A stretch of DNA of 64,000 bases from Tubulanus polymorphus (GCF_964204645.1 NC_134029.1:12426850-12490849); one strand, 5' to 3'; counted from the stretch's first letter, positions 13,262 to 25,607 are shown. Made by a program: numbers and translations. Notes: a model not told the origin generated them from the letters alone.

Positions 13262-16200
13262 CTAAAGCCTTAAGATCGCGTAAAACTCGATAAACACTTC
13301 AAGCGACACAGCGAACGATCTCCTTTCCCCTACAGCGAACGCTTAACCTAGTGAGGCTACTAGCCTATGTAGGCCTATGTATATGCGTAGGCCTAACATC
13401 CGGACAGATTGGTCGTAGGCCTATTGAATTTAACAACCCACCTAAATATCGTAAATTTTGTTTTGAAGTTCAATCCAATGAGTCCGTTAATAAACGCAAC
13501 AATTGTACTGCGTTTGTTTGATACAGTAAAGCTCAGTACCGGTAGGCCTAAAGCCGCGTCAAACTCGATAAACACTTCAAGCGACACAGCGAACGATCCC
13601 TTTCCCCCACAGCGAACGCTTACTCCGAATGTCAAGTGTGAGTCCAGCATACGGATAGGAGTGTGTTATATACTTGTATTTAGTAAATACCTTGTGCATT
13701 TGACAATGATCGGTATGTACTGTAGGAAATATAGAGTATTGATGGTATTGATATAGAGGTTGAAGCCCGCGGCCGAATAAAGTAATGTATTATTTTATTT
13801 TGATACCTCGTCGACATAACAGCTTTTCTCCGCTATATCTCTTCGGCGTGTTTACTTTAGGCCTACGACTCCCCGGTACACTCATGATTTATCTTAGTAA
13901 ATACACGGTTAATTTGGAAAAGAAAAATAGGTATTGCTAATTTAACTGCTTGACGCCCACAGCCAAATCATTGGTAGTAATAAATAAATTTGTACTCGAT
14001 TTGATTCTCATGATGAGGAGAAACTCGCAGCTGATCCACGGAACGACGATGTAGTTACACACATCGATTCGTCGATGTTTACGGCTCGACAGTGCTTTTA
14101 AAATCTAAAGTAGTAAATTTCCAGTGTATCGGTAATATGATTTGATGAGGAAATTTGGGCTATTGTTAAAATCACTTTTTGAAGACCGCGACTGAATTTG
14201 AAGTCTGCGGCAATAAATTAGTTCATTTATACTTGAATTGATAATCGAAGTGACAGTCGGCCTGCGGGTTGATTTCGGGATGACGACTCGAAAAACATGT
14301 CGCCCCATTGAATGGGGCTAAATTTTCGATGTTTACGGCCCGACAGCGCTTTTGTAACGATGATTCGTGAAAAAACACGCGGGCTATTTGTAGATCTCAG
14401 TGAGCTGAACGATATTATATGGATTGTATATGAAACAGTGGTAAGGTAACAAAGCCTATGTGCTTTTGGTAAAAATAGTGTGGAAGAAAATAATAATAAA
14501 TATAGCTGCAAAGCAGCGATAACGGGTTTTCTGCACAGTCTTTGAATCCTGTTCAATGGTTAATACAGTTTTATAAGAGGAAGCTCGACAAACAGTCAAT
14601 TAGACCTTCTTGAAACCATGGACAACTGAACCAGATGTCCTATTTGACTCTGGAAAATCGACTGTTAGGCGATAATTACTCTTTATGATTTCGACAAAGC
14701 ATTTAATAAGGTACAACATCAGCCATTACTAAACAAGGCTTTTAGGAAACAGTATCAATGATAGGTTGCCGAAATGGCTCAGCATTATCTCTCAACGAAA
14801 ACTTGTAGCCGAAATCAACGGAACGCTTCATCTTGGATTAAGTCGGTCTAACTAGTCGAGTCACGCAAGGTAGTATCCTAAGTTGTCTTCTGTTTAATGT
14901 CCTGACAAATGACATACACAGAAATCCAAAATATACAGACCGAGTAAATTTCCAAAACGACCTTAACACGCTGTTCGACCAAAAAACTTAATGATCCGAC
15001 AAGAAAATCTTGTAGTCTTTTTGTTTGAACCAAAACTTTTCTTCATTCTGAAAGCTTTGTTATTGTTGAAATGAAAAACTTTTTGTCCCGGCAAAAAAAT
15101 TTGGTTGAGCGAAAACAATTTTTTCGAACGAATGTTTGAATGAAAACAATTCTGTTCGGTTGAACGAAATACTTAATACTTTTGGTTCGAAGGAAAAACT
15201 TTTTACAATATACTCGTTCGAACGAAAAACTTAATGTTCTGAAAAGAAAATTCTGATTAAATTCAAACGATTATGTTCAATCGAACAATTGTTCGAACAA
15301 AAAACCTTTCGTTTGGACAAAAAAAAGTTTGTTCAACTTTGTTCTAACGTTTTTTTCGAATTGGTTCAAGCGAACAGAATATTATTGGTTGAAACGAAAT
15401 AAATTTTGTTCCGACAAAAGAATTTTCAAGCGAAAGGTCTTTTGAACGAAAAAAAAGATATTTCTGGGGCTCTGCAGTAACTTAAAGCCGGACGTAGGTC
15501 AGCCTTGTGACGCGATGCGATCCTCGCGTTGCATCGCAAGTTTCGGTGCAAGTCGGTTGCGATACGATTGTCAGCGACTGTGTGCGACTAGTTTCTGCCA
15601 GTCGCAAGAGCGCGTCGGTTGGTTGTGACAGTCGTGTCGCGTCGCAGAAAGTAGAACACGTGCGACTCCTTGTGACTGGCGTTGCTGAAAGTCCAACCCG
15701 TCGCAAGGGAGCGTAGGTCGATGAGTCGTTGCGACACAATCGTCGCTGGCGGTCGCAGTGAGGCGTCGCAGTGAATCACAAGCCGTCGCAAGGCCGACCT
15801 ACGCCCTGCTTAAATCATAAGAAATTAATGAAATAACAGTTTCAAAAACTCAAATGAAAAGTCTGGCTTATAAAGCTGTCTGCGACGAAATTTTCAAAAA
15901 AATCTTCATTTTTGGCAATAAAATTGATAATTGTGATTGATCGTTGCAAGTCACAACCAGTTAAACACTAATTAACATGCATTTTAATAAATCTTGATTC
16001 CTCCTTTACAGTGAACTTAGCTTTAACCTAGTAGAGGCTACTAGCCTATGTAGGCCTATGTATATGCGTAGGCCTAAAATCTGGACAGATTGGTCGTAGG
16101 CCTATTGAATAACAACCCACCTAAATATCGTAAATTTTGTTTTGAAGTTCAATCCAATGAGTCCGTTAATAAACGCAACAATTATACTGTGTTTGTTTAG

Positions 16201-18140
16201 TAAAGCTCAGTACCGGTAGGCCTAAAGCCGCGTAAAACTCGATTAACACTTCAAGCGACACAGCGAACGATCTCCTTTCCCCCACAGCGAACGCTTACTC
16301 CGAATGTCAAGTGTGAGTCCAGCATACGGAAAGGAGTGTGTTATATACTTGTTTTTAGTAAATACCTTGTGCATTTGACAATGATCGGTATGTACTGTAG
16401 GAAATATAGAGTATTGATGGTATTGATATAGAGGTTGAAGCCCGCGGCCGAATAAAGTAATATATTCTTTTATTTTGATACCTCGTCGACATAACAGCTT
16501 TTCTCCGCTATATCTCTTCGGCGTGTTTAGTTTAGGCCTACGATTCCCCGGTACACTAAAGATTTATCTTAGTAATTACACGGTTAATTCGGTAAAGAAA
16601 AATAGGTATTGTTATACTAACTCCTTGAAACCCGCAGCCAAATCACTGGTAGTAATAAATTAATTTGTACTCGATTTGATTCTCATGATGAGGAGAAACT
16701 CGCAGCTGATCCCCGTAACGACGATGTACTAACACACGTCGATTCGTCGATGTTTACGGCTCGACAGTGCTTTTAAATCTAAAGTAGTAAATTTCCAGTG
16801 TATCGGTAATATGATTTGATGAGGAAAATGGGCTATTGTTAAAATCACTGTTTGAAGACCGCGACTGAATTTGAAGTCTGCGGCAATAAATTAGTTCATT
16901 TATACTTGAATTGATAATCGAAGTGACGGTCGGCCTGCGGGTTGATTTCGGGATGACGACTCGAAAAACATGTCGCCCCATTGAATGGGGCTAAATTTTC
17001 GATGTTTACGGCCCGACAGCGCTTTTGGAACGATGATTCGTGAAAAAACACGCGGGCTTTTTGTAGATCTCAGTGAGCTGAACGATATTATATGGATTTT
17101 ATATGAAACAGCGGTAAGGTAACAAAGCCTATGTTCTTTTGGTAAAAATAGTGTGGAAGAAAATAATAATAATAATAATCACGCGGATATCAATAGGGTT
17201 TTCTGTGAAATAACAGAAAACCCTAAATATAGCTGCAAAGCAGCGATAACGGGTTTTCTGCACAGTCTTAGAATCCTGTTCAACAGTGGATTTCGACGAA
17301 GCATTTGATAAGGCGCAATATCAGCCATTACTAAACAGGCTATTAGGAAACAGTATCAATGATAGGTCGCCAAAATGGCTCAGCAGTTATCTCTGAACGA
17401 AAACTTGTAGCCGAAATCAACGGAACGCCTCATCTTGGAATAAGTCGGTCAAACTAGTGGAGTCACGCAAGGTAGTATCCTAAGTTGTCTTCTGTTTATT
17501 GTCCTGACAAATGACATACACAGTAATCCAACATATACCAGACCGAGTAAATTTCCAAATCGACCTTAACACGCTGTTCGACCAAAAAACTTAATGTTCC
17601 AACAAGAAAATCTTGTTCGAATGAAAATAATTCTGTTTGATCGAACAATACGCTTTTTGCTTGAACCAAAAATTTTCTTCATTCTGACAAAAAATGTGTT
17701 CGAATAAAAAGCTATGTTATTGTTGAAATGAAAAATTTTTAGTCCCGGCAAAAAAATTTGGTTGAGCGAAAACAATTTTTTCGAACGAATGTTTGAATGA
17801 AAACAATTCTGTTTGATTGAACGAAATACTTAATACTTTCGGTTCGGAGAAAAAACTGTTTTCAATATACTTGTTCGAACGAAAAACTTAATGTTCTGAC
17901 AAGAAAATTCTGTTCAAATTAAAACGATTCTGTTCAATTGAACGATTGTTCGAACGAAAAACCTTTCGTTTGGACAAAAAAAAGTTTGTTCAACTTTGTT
18001 CTTACGATTTTTTCAAATTGGTTCAATCGTATAGAATATTATTGGTTCGAACGAAATAAATTTTGTTCCGACGAAAGAATTTTCAAGCGAAAGGTCTTTT
18101 GAACGAAAAAAAAAGATATTTCCGGTGCTCCGCAGTAACT
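13262..18140. repeat. ~2.67-kb composite tandem repeat, about 1.8 units
   Basis: Collinear with 4363-8201. Confidence 0.85.
15486..15810. mobile_element. PIF/Harbinger-like MITE
   Basis: TIRs AGCCGGACGTAGGTCAGCCTTGTGACG ... CGTCGCAAGGCCGACCTACGCCCTGCT, flanked by TAA on both sides. Confidence 0.6.
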
Positions 18141-18999
18141 TAATTCATATTCATGTCGAATTGATGCGATATATCGCGATATATCGACATAAATATGGCG
18201 ACTTGTCGAGTTGGAACGCGACAACTCGAGGCCCTTTATCGCTTCCGTAGATCTTTCATTAAGTAGGATCACTTGAATGATCGCTTTAATATCACAAAAA
18301 AAAAAAAAATAATCTGTGATCGATTGCCTCTAAGATGTCTTCTCTCCAAAAATCAAACTAACGACCAGGCAATCTCATAGGATCTACTGCTGACAACTGT
18401 CCTGGTGGCTGCCAAAAATTGAACTCCCTCTCTTTACTTGTTCCCCGACTTAACTAGTATCTCCCTCTACCAAGTTTCAACCACGTGATCTCTCCCTACC
18501 AAATTTAGTGTGGTTTCTACAGAATCTGCAGCCTCCATCAACCACTCTCCGCCTAGAAATATATTCCCAACCACCAACACTACATACCAAGTTTCTGAAT
18601 CATGTTTTCTGAACTATTCCCTTAGACTAAGATATTTCTTGTTTGCTTCGTTAAACCCAACTGTTCCCATTAAATCATTATTTTTTTTCCCAGACGTTAC
18701 TAATATTTATTTCATTATTTGGTTAACCCTAGTCAACTATCATCTGCCAAAATGACCTTAATATTCGACACTATAGCTACGGAAGCGATAAGGGGCCTCG
18801 AGATGTCGCGTTCCAACTCGACAAGTCGCCATATTTTTGTCGACATACCACGATATATCGCGTCAAGTCGACATGAATATGTCAATATATCGTTACGTTT
18901 TGACGACATATTTCGTTTTCTCAACCATTTTCCTTGCGACAAGTCGACATATTCATGACGACTTGAAACTCAGTCGTCATATTACTGGCGTCCTCATCT

Positions 19000-19211
19000 T
19001 GTGATGGAGTGTCTATCACCACAGAGAGTTGACCAGATCCGAAGGAGTAAAGTCGAAGAGCGTGTTGTATTTTGTGAATCTAAACAGCATCTAACTTTAT
19101 TACTACAGTATAGGGTTACAGTATAGTACACATGGCGCGAAACAGCAACCAATCATATAAGAGAGACATCAACGAATCATATAAGAGAACCAACACATGT
19201 CGTTCTCGACA
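19000..19211 (-). repeat. 3' LTR of the BEL/Pao element
   Basis: TGTGATGG...TCTCGACA. On the minus strand it is preceded by GCCCCCGGAG, a BEL-type junction. Confidence 0.95.
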
Positions 19212-19746
19212 CTCCGGGGGCGGCGGTAAGCGCCGAATTTGAAAGTTTTCTCCAAGATAACATGTATCGCATTAAATTGAAAGATATTAATAATCACTAT
19301 ACTAAGTAATAGTTTCACGTATGAAATTGAATCGCCATAAGGGCTAGAAATAGGGACATTGCGTTGTGTTGAATAAATGAGTACATAAAGAATATTTCAT
19401 AATAAATGACTATCTATAGAAAGCAAGTTAACATCGTATCGAATAACATTTAAATTCATTAATCCGCTTTAAAGTAATAATAAGTAATTCCCAACACCAA
19501 GAGTGATTAAACAATATTTCAAGTCCTTTCCGGTAAAGAAAAGTTTCGAAGCGAACGCGTTATTTGTTTAAGATCGGAAACGATTAAAGTTCAGAAAACG
19601 CGTAAAAAACGATAACGTGTTTGACCTCGCGGCCGACGAAGAATTTAACGTAAACACGCATGCAGAATCACGTGATGTAAACATAGTCGAGTAAAAAGGC
19701 AATAATAGCCTACGCATCGGTTTCATACATATAATCCAGACAGAGT

Positions 19747-22700
19747 TCAGTCTTTTAATAATTTCGTCCAATTTCTAATCTTTCGCTGAGCGTTGGCTGC
19801 GGCCAGCCTGGTCGCACGCGTTTTCGGTTGATTTGTATCGGTATTCGTACCGGTATCCGATGAATCATCGACAGATTTCGTGTTAATTTCCAGCGGATAT
19901 AATTTCGATACGGGTCGGTTCGTACGGCCGGTACTTGTTCGAATATCCGCTGATCGCACAAGTCCATCGGCGCTAACGTTTAATTTCTCGACGAGTGCCA
20001 TACGCCAGTGTATTCGCTTCTTGTTGTCCCCGTGCACTAAAACAATGTCGCCAGTTTTTATTTTGTTTTCGAGTTTCCCGTTGAGTTTCGCACGTTCTCT
20101 GAGCGCTATCAAGTATTCACGGCTCCAACGTCGTTTGAACGAACTCAAAAGTTCTCGCAACGTTTGATTACGGCGTTGAATATCGGTATACGAAACGTTA
20201 AAGTCCTGATCATTTAGATCAATGTCCTCATACGGCAACAGAGTTAATTGGCGACCGCATAACAGTTGTGACGGGGATAACGGAAGAGGCTCGTCTTCCG
20301 TACTATACACATACGTGAGAGGTCGATCGTTGATCGTAGCCTCAATTTCACACAAGAGAGTTCGTAATTCATCGTCCGTGACGATGCTTCTACCGAGAAT
20401 CTTTCTGAGGCATTCTTTCGTTACGCCTACCATCCTTTCCCAGAATCCCCCGAACCAAGGGGCTCGTTTGGGAATGAATGTCCATCTAATTCGATTGTTC
20501 GCCATATATCTCGCGACGATCGGCGAATTGACGATTTCTTCTATCTCTACGCAAGATTTTAGAAAGTATGACCCGTTGTCACTGATCAGTTCATGCGGTA
20601 ACGATCTACGCGAAACGAATCTCCGGAATGCTCGAATAAACGCGGCATGTGTCATATTAATGACTGATTCGAGATGGACTGCTCGCGTGGTGGCGCATGT
20701 AAACAGACAAATGTAACGTTTATGGCGCTTGTCAGACGTGCCTCTGACCCAAATTTCACCTGAATAATCTACTCCGGTAACAGTAAAGGGCGGAGCATTC
20801 GTAACGCGCGAAACTGGAAGTGGCGGTGGTATAGGTCTGCAGTAGGCGGAGCCTCGTACTATAGCGCACGTAACACATTTCCTGAGAACTGATTTTACGA
20901 CTTGTCTAATTTTCGGTATCCAGTATCTTTGCCTGATAGCAGTAACAGTCCCGCCGATTCTTAAATGTTTACACCTCCTGTGGTGAAACAACACGATCAA
21001 ACGCGTAATATGGTGATCTGGTAAAAGAATTGGAAATTTGGCATCGTAGGGTAAAGACGAATTTTGCACACGACTGCCGCATCGAATAAGTCCCCTGTCA
21101 TCGATAAAGATTTTCAGTTGTTTGACCAGGTTACCGCGTTTGAGTTTCTGGTCTGTCAATTGATTCAATTCAGATCTAAAGTATGTTTTCTGTAAGTCCA
21201 TGACCCATTTGTTTTCTGCTGTTTTTATCTTATCGGCGGTGAGTTCCCCGCTAACCCGATCGGCTGGATTCCTCAGATTATGTAAATATCTGAGGAAATA
21301 AGCGGTAACACGCACGAGTTCGGTCAACGATCCATATTTTTCCGGATCAATGATCTTTAAGATACCCGCTTTTTCTAACTGTTCGTGTTGTATCGACATG
21401 GTAGTCTCGTCGACAGATTCATCAGTTTTAATTTCGTTATCGGCTTGAAATCGCGAGACTGGCCAATCGCCGACTTTCAACCAGTCGGGCCCGTGCCACC
21501 ATAGTGTTGAATTGGCCAGTTGATGAGTGGTTATACCGCGTGTTAGTAGATCCGCTGGATTATCTTGAGTCGGTACGTAATTCAATTCCACATCGAGATT
21601 GTCTAGCTTCAAGGAGTTTATCTCGTGCACCCGATTTTGAACGAAACACGGAAGTCGATTTTCACTCCTAGTCCTACTTAGGACTATCTCGCTATCGGAC
21701 CAGATAATCGCTTTGCTGAAATTGTAGCATGGATTGAGCGCATCGAATGAATATTTGATCAAACGGGCGCCGACGACGGCGGCCATTAGCTCGAGGCGCG
21801 GTAACGAGAGCTGTTTAACGGGTGCAACTCTGTTTTTCGCTATGACAAGCGCGGTTTTTTTCCCTTGACGTAGATAAACGGTGGCTCCGTAGCCACGTGA
21901 ACTCGCGTCCACAAAGCAATGTAACTCAGTATCGGTATCCTCCGACGGCGCAGAAAAATACTTCCGGTTAATCGTTATTTTTCTCGCATTTTGTAGATCT
22001 CGGTACAAAGTTTTCCAGTTATTGCTCACCTCGTCTGGTAATAATTCATCCCACGAGACATTCGCCTTCCATAATTCTTGGATGAATATTTTTGATTTGA
22101 TGTGAACCGGCGATAACAGTCCTAACGGATCATAGAGACTCGCCACGCTCCTGACGATTTCGCGCTTCGTAATAATTTCTGGTTCGCTATGCTCGATCGC
22201 TTGTTTGTATTTAAGCCTGTCCTGATTGACATCCCACAGGAGTCCTAGGTTGCTGACAACGTCATGTCCGTTCAATAAGTTGTCTTTACTCGCAATATGT
22301 CTGAGGTTTTCGTTGTTACTAGTCCACTCACATAGTTTAAATCCTGCATCGGACATCATCCGATTCGCGTTATGGTAATAATCGATCGCTGTCGATTCGT
22401 CTTTCACCGACGTAACGACGTTGTCTACGTATATGCTCGATTTCATGTCGTTAGCTACCGTGCTCTTATCTTTGTCCAAATGTGATTTTATGAGGGCATT
22501 GAGAATAAACGGCGAGCACGCTGCTCCGAATAATACAGATTTAAATTGATACGTAATGAATTTGCTTTCGGGGTCGTTTGGATCGCTTAGCCAGAAAAAT
22601 TTCGTGAATTTCCGGTCTGGCTCGGCTAGGCCCACTTGAAGGAAGGCCTTTTTGATGTCGCTACTAAGTCCAACGTCGCATGTACGAAAGTTCATCAAGA

Positions 22701-25086
22701 TCGAACCAAGATCGTTAAGCAGTAGCGGTCCTTTTTCCAGGCAGTCATTTAAACTCGGAGACTGACGCGTACGGAAGCTACAATCGTAGACGACGCGAAT
22801 TGGTGTTGTAGCTGAGTCTTTCTTCACCGAGTGGTGCGGTATATAATGCCCTTCGGATTCGTTTTCCTCGTGGATCGACTCGATGAATCCACGCGCTATT
22901 TGATCTTCGATAATTCGATCATAGATTTTTCGGGTATCGTTATTTAGTTTCCTGACCATCGCTCGCGTTCGGTTGGCTGTGTTCAGTCTATTGGTCGGTA
23001 ATGGAGGGTGTTCCGGCCTCCATGGTAGCTGCGCAACGTATTGGTTTCCCGCCATTTCGATACAATCCGTCGTGTAATTTTCAAACGTAAGTTCTTCGTT
23101 TATCGGGTGTTTTATCCCGAGTGTTTCGACTCTCCAAAAATTTTCGAGTTGGTCTCGTTCATGAGTATCATCGGTGAGGATAAAGTTCGCGTAGTCACGA
23201 CGGTCGTGACTCGAGTTTTTTAGCGGACCCGAAAGAAGATAACCGAGTTTTGACGCAACCGCTGTGGGGCCGTTGCCCCTGACGACTTTGTCCTCAACTA
23301 AGGACCAGTAGTAGTCGGATCCAATTAATAGAGCGATTTCGAACGATTCACGACCGCTAACAGGGTGCGCCAGTTTCAGACCCGATAGATAATGTAAATT
23401 ACGTGTATCTTTGATGTGATTACTCATAGGTGTCGTAATGTTCGATTTTACGAGTGCGCTTATCGGCACGTCTCCAGTTTCGGTTTTAATGGCTAACTTG
23501 ACCCGGTCGTATTTCCTTTGTTTAGATTTAGTATCTCCAAAGATCGAAAGATTCAGTATTTCGCTCGACTCCGGTTTCAAGTTTAATTTCACGGCTGTTT
23601 CCTCCGTGATCCATGTTCGGGTCGAGCCTTCATCAAACAATATGCTGACGGTCTCGGAGTTTTGATGTTTTTCATCAGTAATTTCAGCAACAGCTGTCTT
23701 TAAGACGACTGGCGTCGATACGGTGATTGAGTCTTGTGAATTTAGCACGCCGATGTACATTTGCCTGTCATCGCATCGCGGGTTCTGATCGTTATGACCA
23801 GCTGATTGTGGTTTTTTGCCGCATAGAGATGTATGGTGTTTATCTGAACATACGGAACAGCTATAGCGTGACCTGCAATCTCTGGCTTTGTGATTTTTTC
23901 TCAAACAATTTCGGCAGAGATTTTCTCTTTTCACTATATCCATCCGTTTTTCCAGAGTGTTATAGATCAGACAATCCCTTGATTTGTGGTCTTTCTTGCA
24001 GTAGTTACATTGAATTTTATAATTACGGTCTAGACGGCTTGTTTGATTTCGTTTTCTGTGATGAATTAATAATGACGTGTCTGTGGTTTCGTCTTCTGAA
24101 TCGCTGATGAGCACACTTTGAATGGCTTGTCCTGCTAGACCCGCTTGAATCTCTTTCTGTAACGCTTTCTTCAATTCAGTTAAATTCCATGCTGAATCAC
24201 CATGGTCGCGTGTGATCTGAGTTTTAATTCCCGATGGGAGTTTCTCGAATATGACTGGAATCAGGAGATCCCCATAGCTTTCCTCGGTCTTACCGAGCGA
24301 TTTTAGACCCCTGATATAGCCTTCCAGTTCATCGTAGAACTTTTTCATCTGTTGTACATTTTCGCGTGGTTTTGGCAATTCCCACAATGCCTTCATATAA
24401 ACGTTGATCAATTTATGAGTTTGTCCGTACCTGTTTTTCAAAAGTTCAATGGCTTCGACGTAGTTGTTATTGGTCAGTGATAAGCCCTCGACGCATCGGG
24501 CCGCTTCTCCGCTGAGTTGCGCACGAAGATACTGGAATTTTTGGATGTCGTCTAATCCGGTATCGTTGTGGATAGCTGATTCGAATGCATCTATAAAGCC
24601 GATCCATTGTAGTAAATCCCCGCTGAATGTCGGTAAATGTAACTTAGGTAGATTGACTTGCCTTGATTTGTTGTTAATCGGTTGATGAGTTGTCGTTGTC
24701 GTCGGTTTCGTGTCGTTATTGAACGTTTCAATAAAGAATCTATATCTTTGTATTTCGATAATCCGTTCGAATGCGAAATCATCTGCTTCTGCGATAGATG
24801 ATTGTAGATTTTCATCTGGCGTCAACGAAAGAATTGTTTGATCTAGTTCTTGTATGAGGTTTAGCTTTGTGACCGCTGATGATATGATTGCTACCAGATC
24901 TTGAACTTCGGCTAGGCCTACTTCTGTTGATCCGGATTGTAGGCTCTGGTAGACCTCTTCTGCACGATTGAGGTATTTAGATAACTGCCCTCGGTGGGCC
25001 AACCGAGATGCTGTAGGACGCTTCGTTTGGTCCATTTCGTTTTGACGCTCAGTTTCGTCATACGCATTTTCCGATGTCGTCGACAT
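19747..25086 (-). CDS. BEL/Pao gag-pol polyprotein, ~1779 aa (DUF1759 gag, CCHC knuckles, aspartic protease, RT, RNase H, integrase)
   Basis: LPKLHLPTFSGD; CxxC...H...C knuckles; protease LFDEGS; RT DIKKAF, LFGAACSP, YVDN; RNase H FVDAS; integrase GVDY, SDNGS, GGFWERMV. The likely ATG (MSTTSEN) lies at 25086 just after the PBS; the track start at 25260 is inside the LTR. Confidence 0.95.
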   Translation of the reverse strand: MSTTSENAYDETERQNEMDQTKRPTASRLAHRGQLSKYLNRAEEVYQSLQSGSTEVGLAEVQDLVAIISSAVTKLNLIQELDQTILSLTPDENLQSSIAEADDFAFERIIEIQRYRFFIETFNNDTKPTTTTTHQPINNKSRQVNLPKLHLPTFSGDLLQWIGFIDAFESAIHNDTGLDDIQKFQYLRAQLSGEAARCVEGLSLTNNNYVEAIELLKNRYGQTHKLINVYMKALWELPKPRENVQQMKKFYDELEGYIRGLKSLGKTEESYGDLLIPVIFEKLPSGIKTQITRDHGDSAWNLTELKKALQKEIQAGLAGQAIQSVLISDSEDETTDTSLLIHHRKRNQTSRLDRNYKIQCNYCKKDHKSRDCLIYNTLEKRMDIVKRENLCRNCLRKNHKARDCRSRYSCSVCSDKHHTSLCGKKPQSAGHNDQNPRCDDRQMYIGVLNSQDSITVSTPVVLKTAVAEITDEKHQNSETVSILFDEGSTRTWITEETAVKLNLKPESSEILNLSIFGDTKSKQRKYDRVKLAIKTETGDVPISALVKSNITTPMSNHIKDTRNLHYLSGLKLAHPVSGRESFEIALLIGSDYYWSLVEDKVVRGNGPTAVASKLGYLLSGPLKNSSHDRRDYANFILTDDTHERDQLENFWRVETLGIKHPINEELTFENYTTDCIEMAGNQYVAQLPWRPEHPPLPTNRLNTANRTRAMVRKLNNDTRKIYDRIIEDQIARGFIESIHEENESEGHYIPHHSVKKDSATTPIRVVYDCSFRTRQSPSLNDCLEKGPLLLNDLGSILMNFRTCDVGLSSDIKKAFLQVGLAEPDRKFTKFFWLSDPNDPESKFITYQFKSVLFGAACSPFILNALIKSHLDKDKSTVANDMKSSIYVDNVVTSVKDESTAIDYYHNANRMMSDAGFKLCEWTSNNENLRHIASKDNLLNGHDVVSNLGLLWDVNQDRLKYKQAIEHSEPEIITKREIVRSVASLYDPLGLLSPVHIKSKIFIQELWKANVSWDELLPDEVSNNWKTLYRDLQNARKITINRKYFSAPSEDTDTELHCFVDASSRGYGATVYLRQGKKTALVIAKNRVAPVKQLSLPRLELMAAVVGARLIKYSFDALNPCYNFSKAIIWSDSEIVLSRTRSENRLPCFVQNRVHEINSLKLDNLDVELNYVPTQDNPADLLTRGITTHQLANSTLWWHGPDWLKVGDWPVSRFQADNEIKTDESVDETTMSIQHEQLEKAGILKIIDPEKYGSLTELVRVTAYFLRYLHNLRNPADRVSGELTADKIKTAENKWVMDLQKTYFRSELNQLTDQKLKRGNLVKQLKIFIDDRGLIRCGSRVQNSSLPYDAKFPILLPDHHITRLIVLFHHRRCKHLRIGGTVTAIRQRYWIPKIRQVVKSVLRKCVTCAIVRGSAYCRPIPPPLPVSRVTNAPPFTVTGVDYSGEIWVRGTSDKRHKRYICLFTCATTRAVHLESVINMTHAAFIRAFRRFVSRRSLPHELISDNGSYFLKSCVEIEEIVNSPIVARYMANNRIRWTFIPKRAPWFGGFWERMVGVTKECLRKILGRSIVTDDELRTLLCEIEATINDRPLTYVYSTEDEPLPLSPSQLLCGRQLTLLPYEDIDLNDQDFNVSYTDIQRRNQTLRELLSSFKRRWSREYLIALRERAKLNGKLENKIKTGDIVLVHGDNKKRIHWRMALVEKLNVSADGLVRSADIRTSTGRTNRPVSKLYPLEINTKSVDDSSDTGTNTDTNQPKTRATRLAAANAQRKIRNWTKLLKD

Positions 25087-25087
25087 A

Positions 25088-25105
25088 ATCCTGGTCACGG
25101 CACCA
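25088..25105 (-). promoter_or_regulatory. Primer-binding site complementary to the tRNA-His 3' end
   Basis: Minus strand TGGTGCCGTGACCAGGAT, 2 nt from the LTR. The plus strand ATCCTGGTCACGGCACCA matches the invertebrate tRNA-His 3' end plus CCA. Confidence 0.85.
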
Positions 25106-25107
25106 AA

Positions 25108-25319
25108 TGTGATGGAGTGACTATCACCACAGAGAGTTGACCAGATCCGAAGGAGTAAAGTCGAAGAGCGTGTTGTATTTTGTGAATCTAAACAGCATCT
25201 AACTTTATTACTACAGTATAGGGTTACAGTATAGTACACATGGCGCGAAACAGCAACCAATCATATAAGAGAGACATCAACGAATCATATAAGAGAACCA
25301 ACACATGTCGTTCTCGACA
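25108..25319 (-). repeat. 5' LTR of the BEL/Pao element
   Basis: Matches 19000-19211 except at one site (A25120 vs T19012). Confidence 0.95.
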
Positions 25320-25607
25320 CATCTTACATTTAGACATGTCTTTAAATGACGGCTTGTCCCGTGGAAAATGAGCAAAAAAGCGAAATTTGTCGCGAAAACG
25401 TCACGATATGTAGACATATTCATGTGGACTTCACGCGATATATCGCGATATATCGACATAAATATGGCGACTTGTCGAGTTTGAACGCGACAACTCGAGG
25501 CCCTTTATCGCTTCCATACTATATCAGATTAATCGACTTCAAAATAGGCGAAAGCATAAGTCTTTATTACGTTATAAATTGGCCTAATTATTCAAAAGCT
25601 AATAAAG

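Larger units (their letters stand above)
19000..25319 (-). mobile_element. Full-length BEL/Pao LTR retrotransposon
   Basis: LTRs at 19000-19211 and 25108-25319 (212 bp, TG...CA, one mismatch seen). 5-bp TSD CATCT at 18995-18999 and 25320-25324. Primer-binding site and single long ORF present. Confidence 0.97.
18778..25518. mobile_element. IS3EU-like MITE (TACGG...CCATA) split by the BEL element into 18778-18999 and 25320-25518
   Basis: TIRs TACGGAAGCGATAAGGGGCCTCGAG / CTCGAGGCCCTTTATCGCTTCCATA. Joined halves are collinear with intact copies at 58038-58454 and 61740-62155. Confidence 0.8.

Noticed and set aside
18310-18740. Unique pyrimidine-rich insert after an A-run, possibly a LINE fragment
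   Set aside because: No motif or TSD that I can support.
25087-25260. N-terminal extension of the 1837-aa ORF
   Set aside because: It runs through the LTR and PBS from a non-ATG start; the ATG at 25086 is more plausible.
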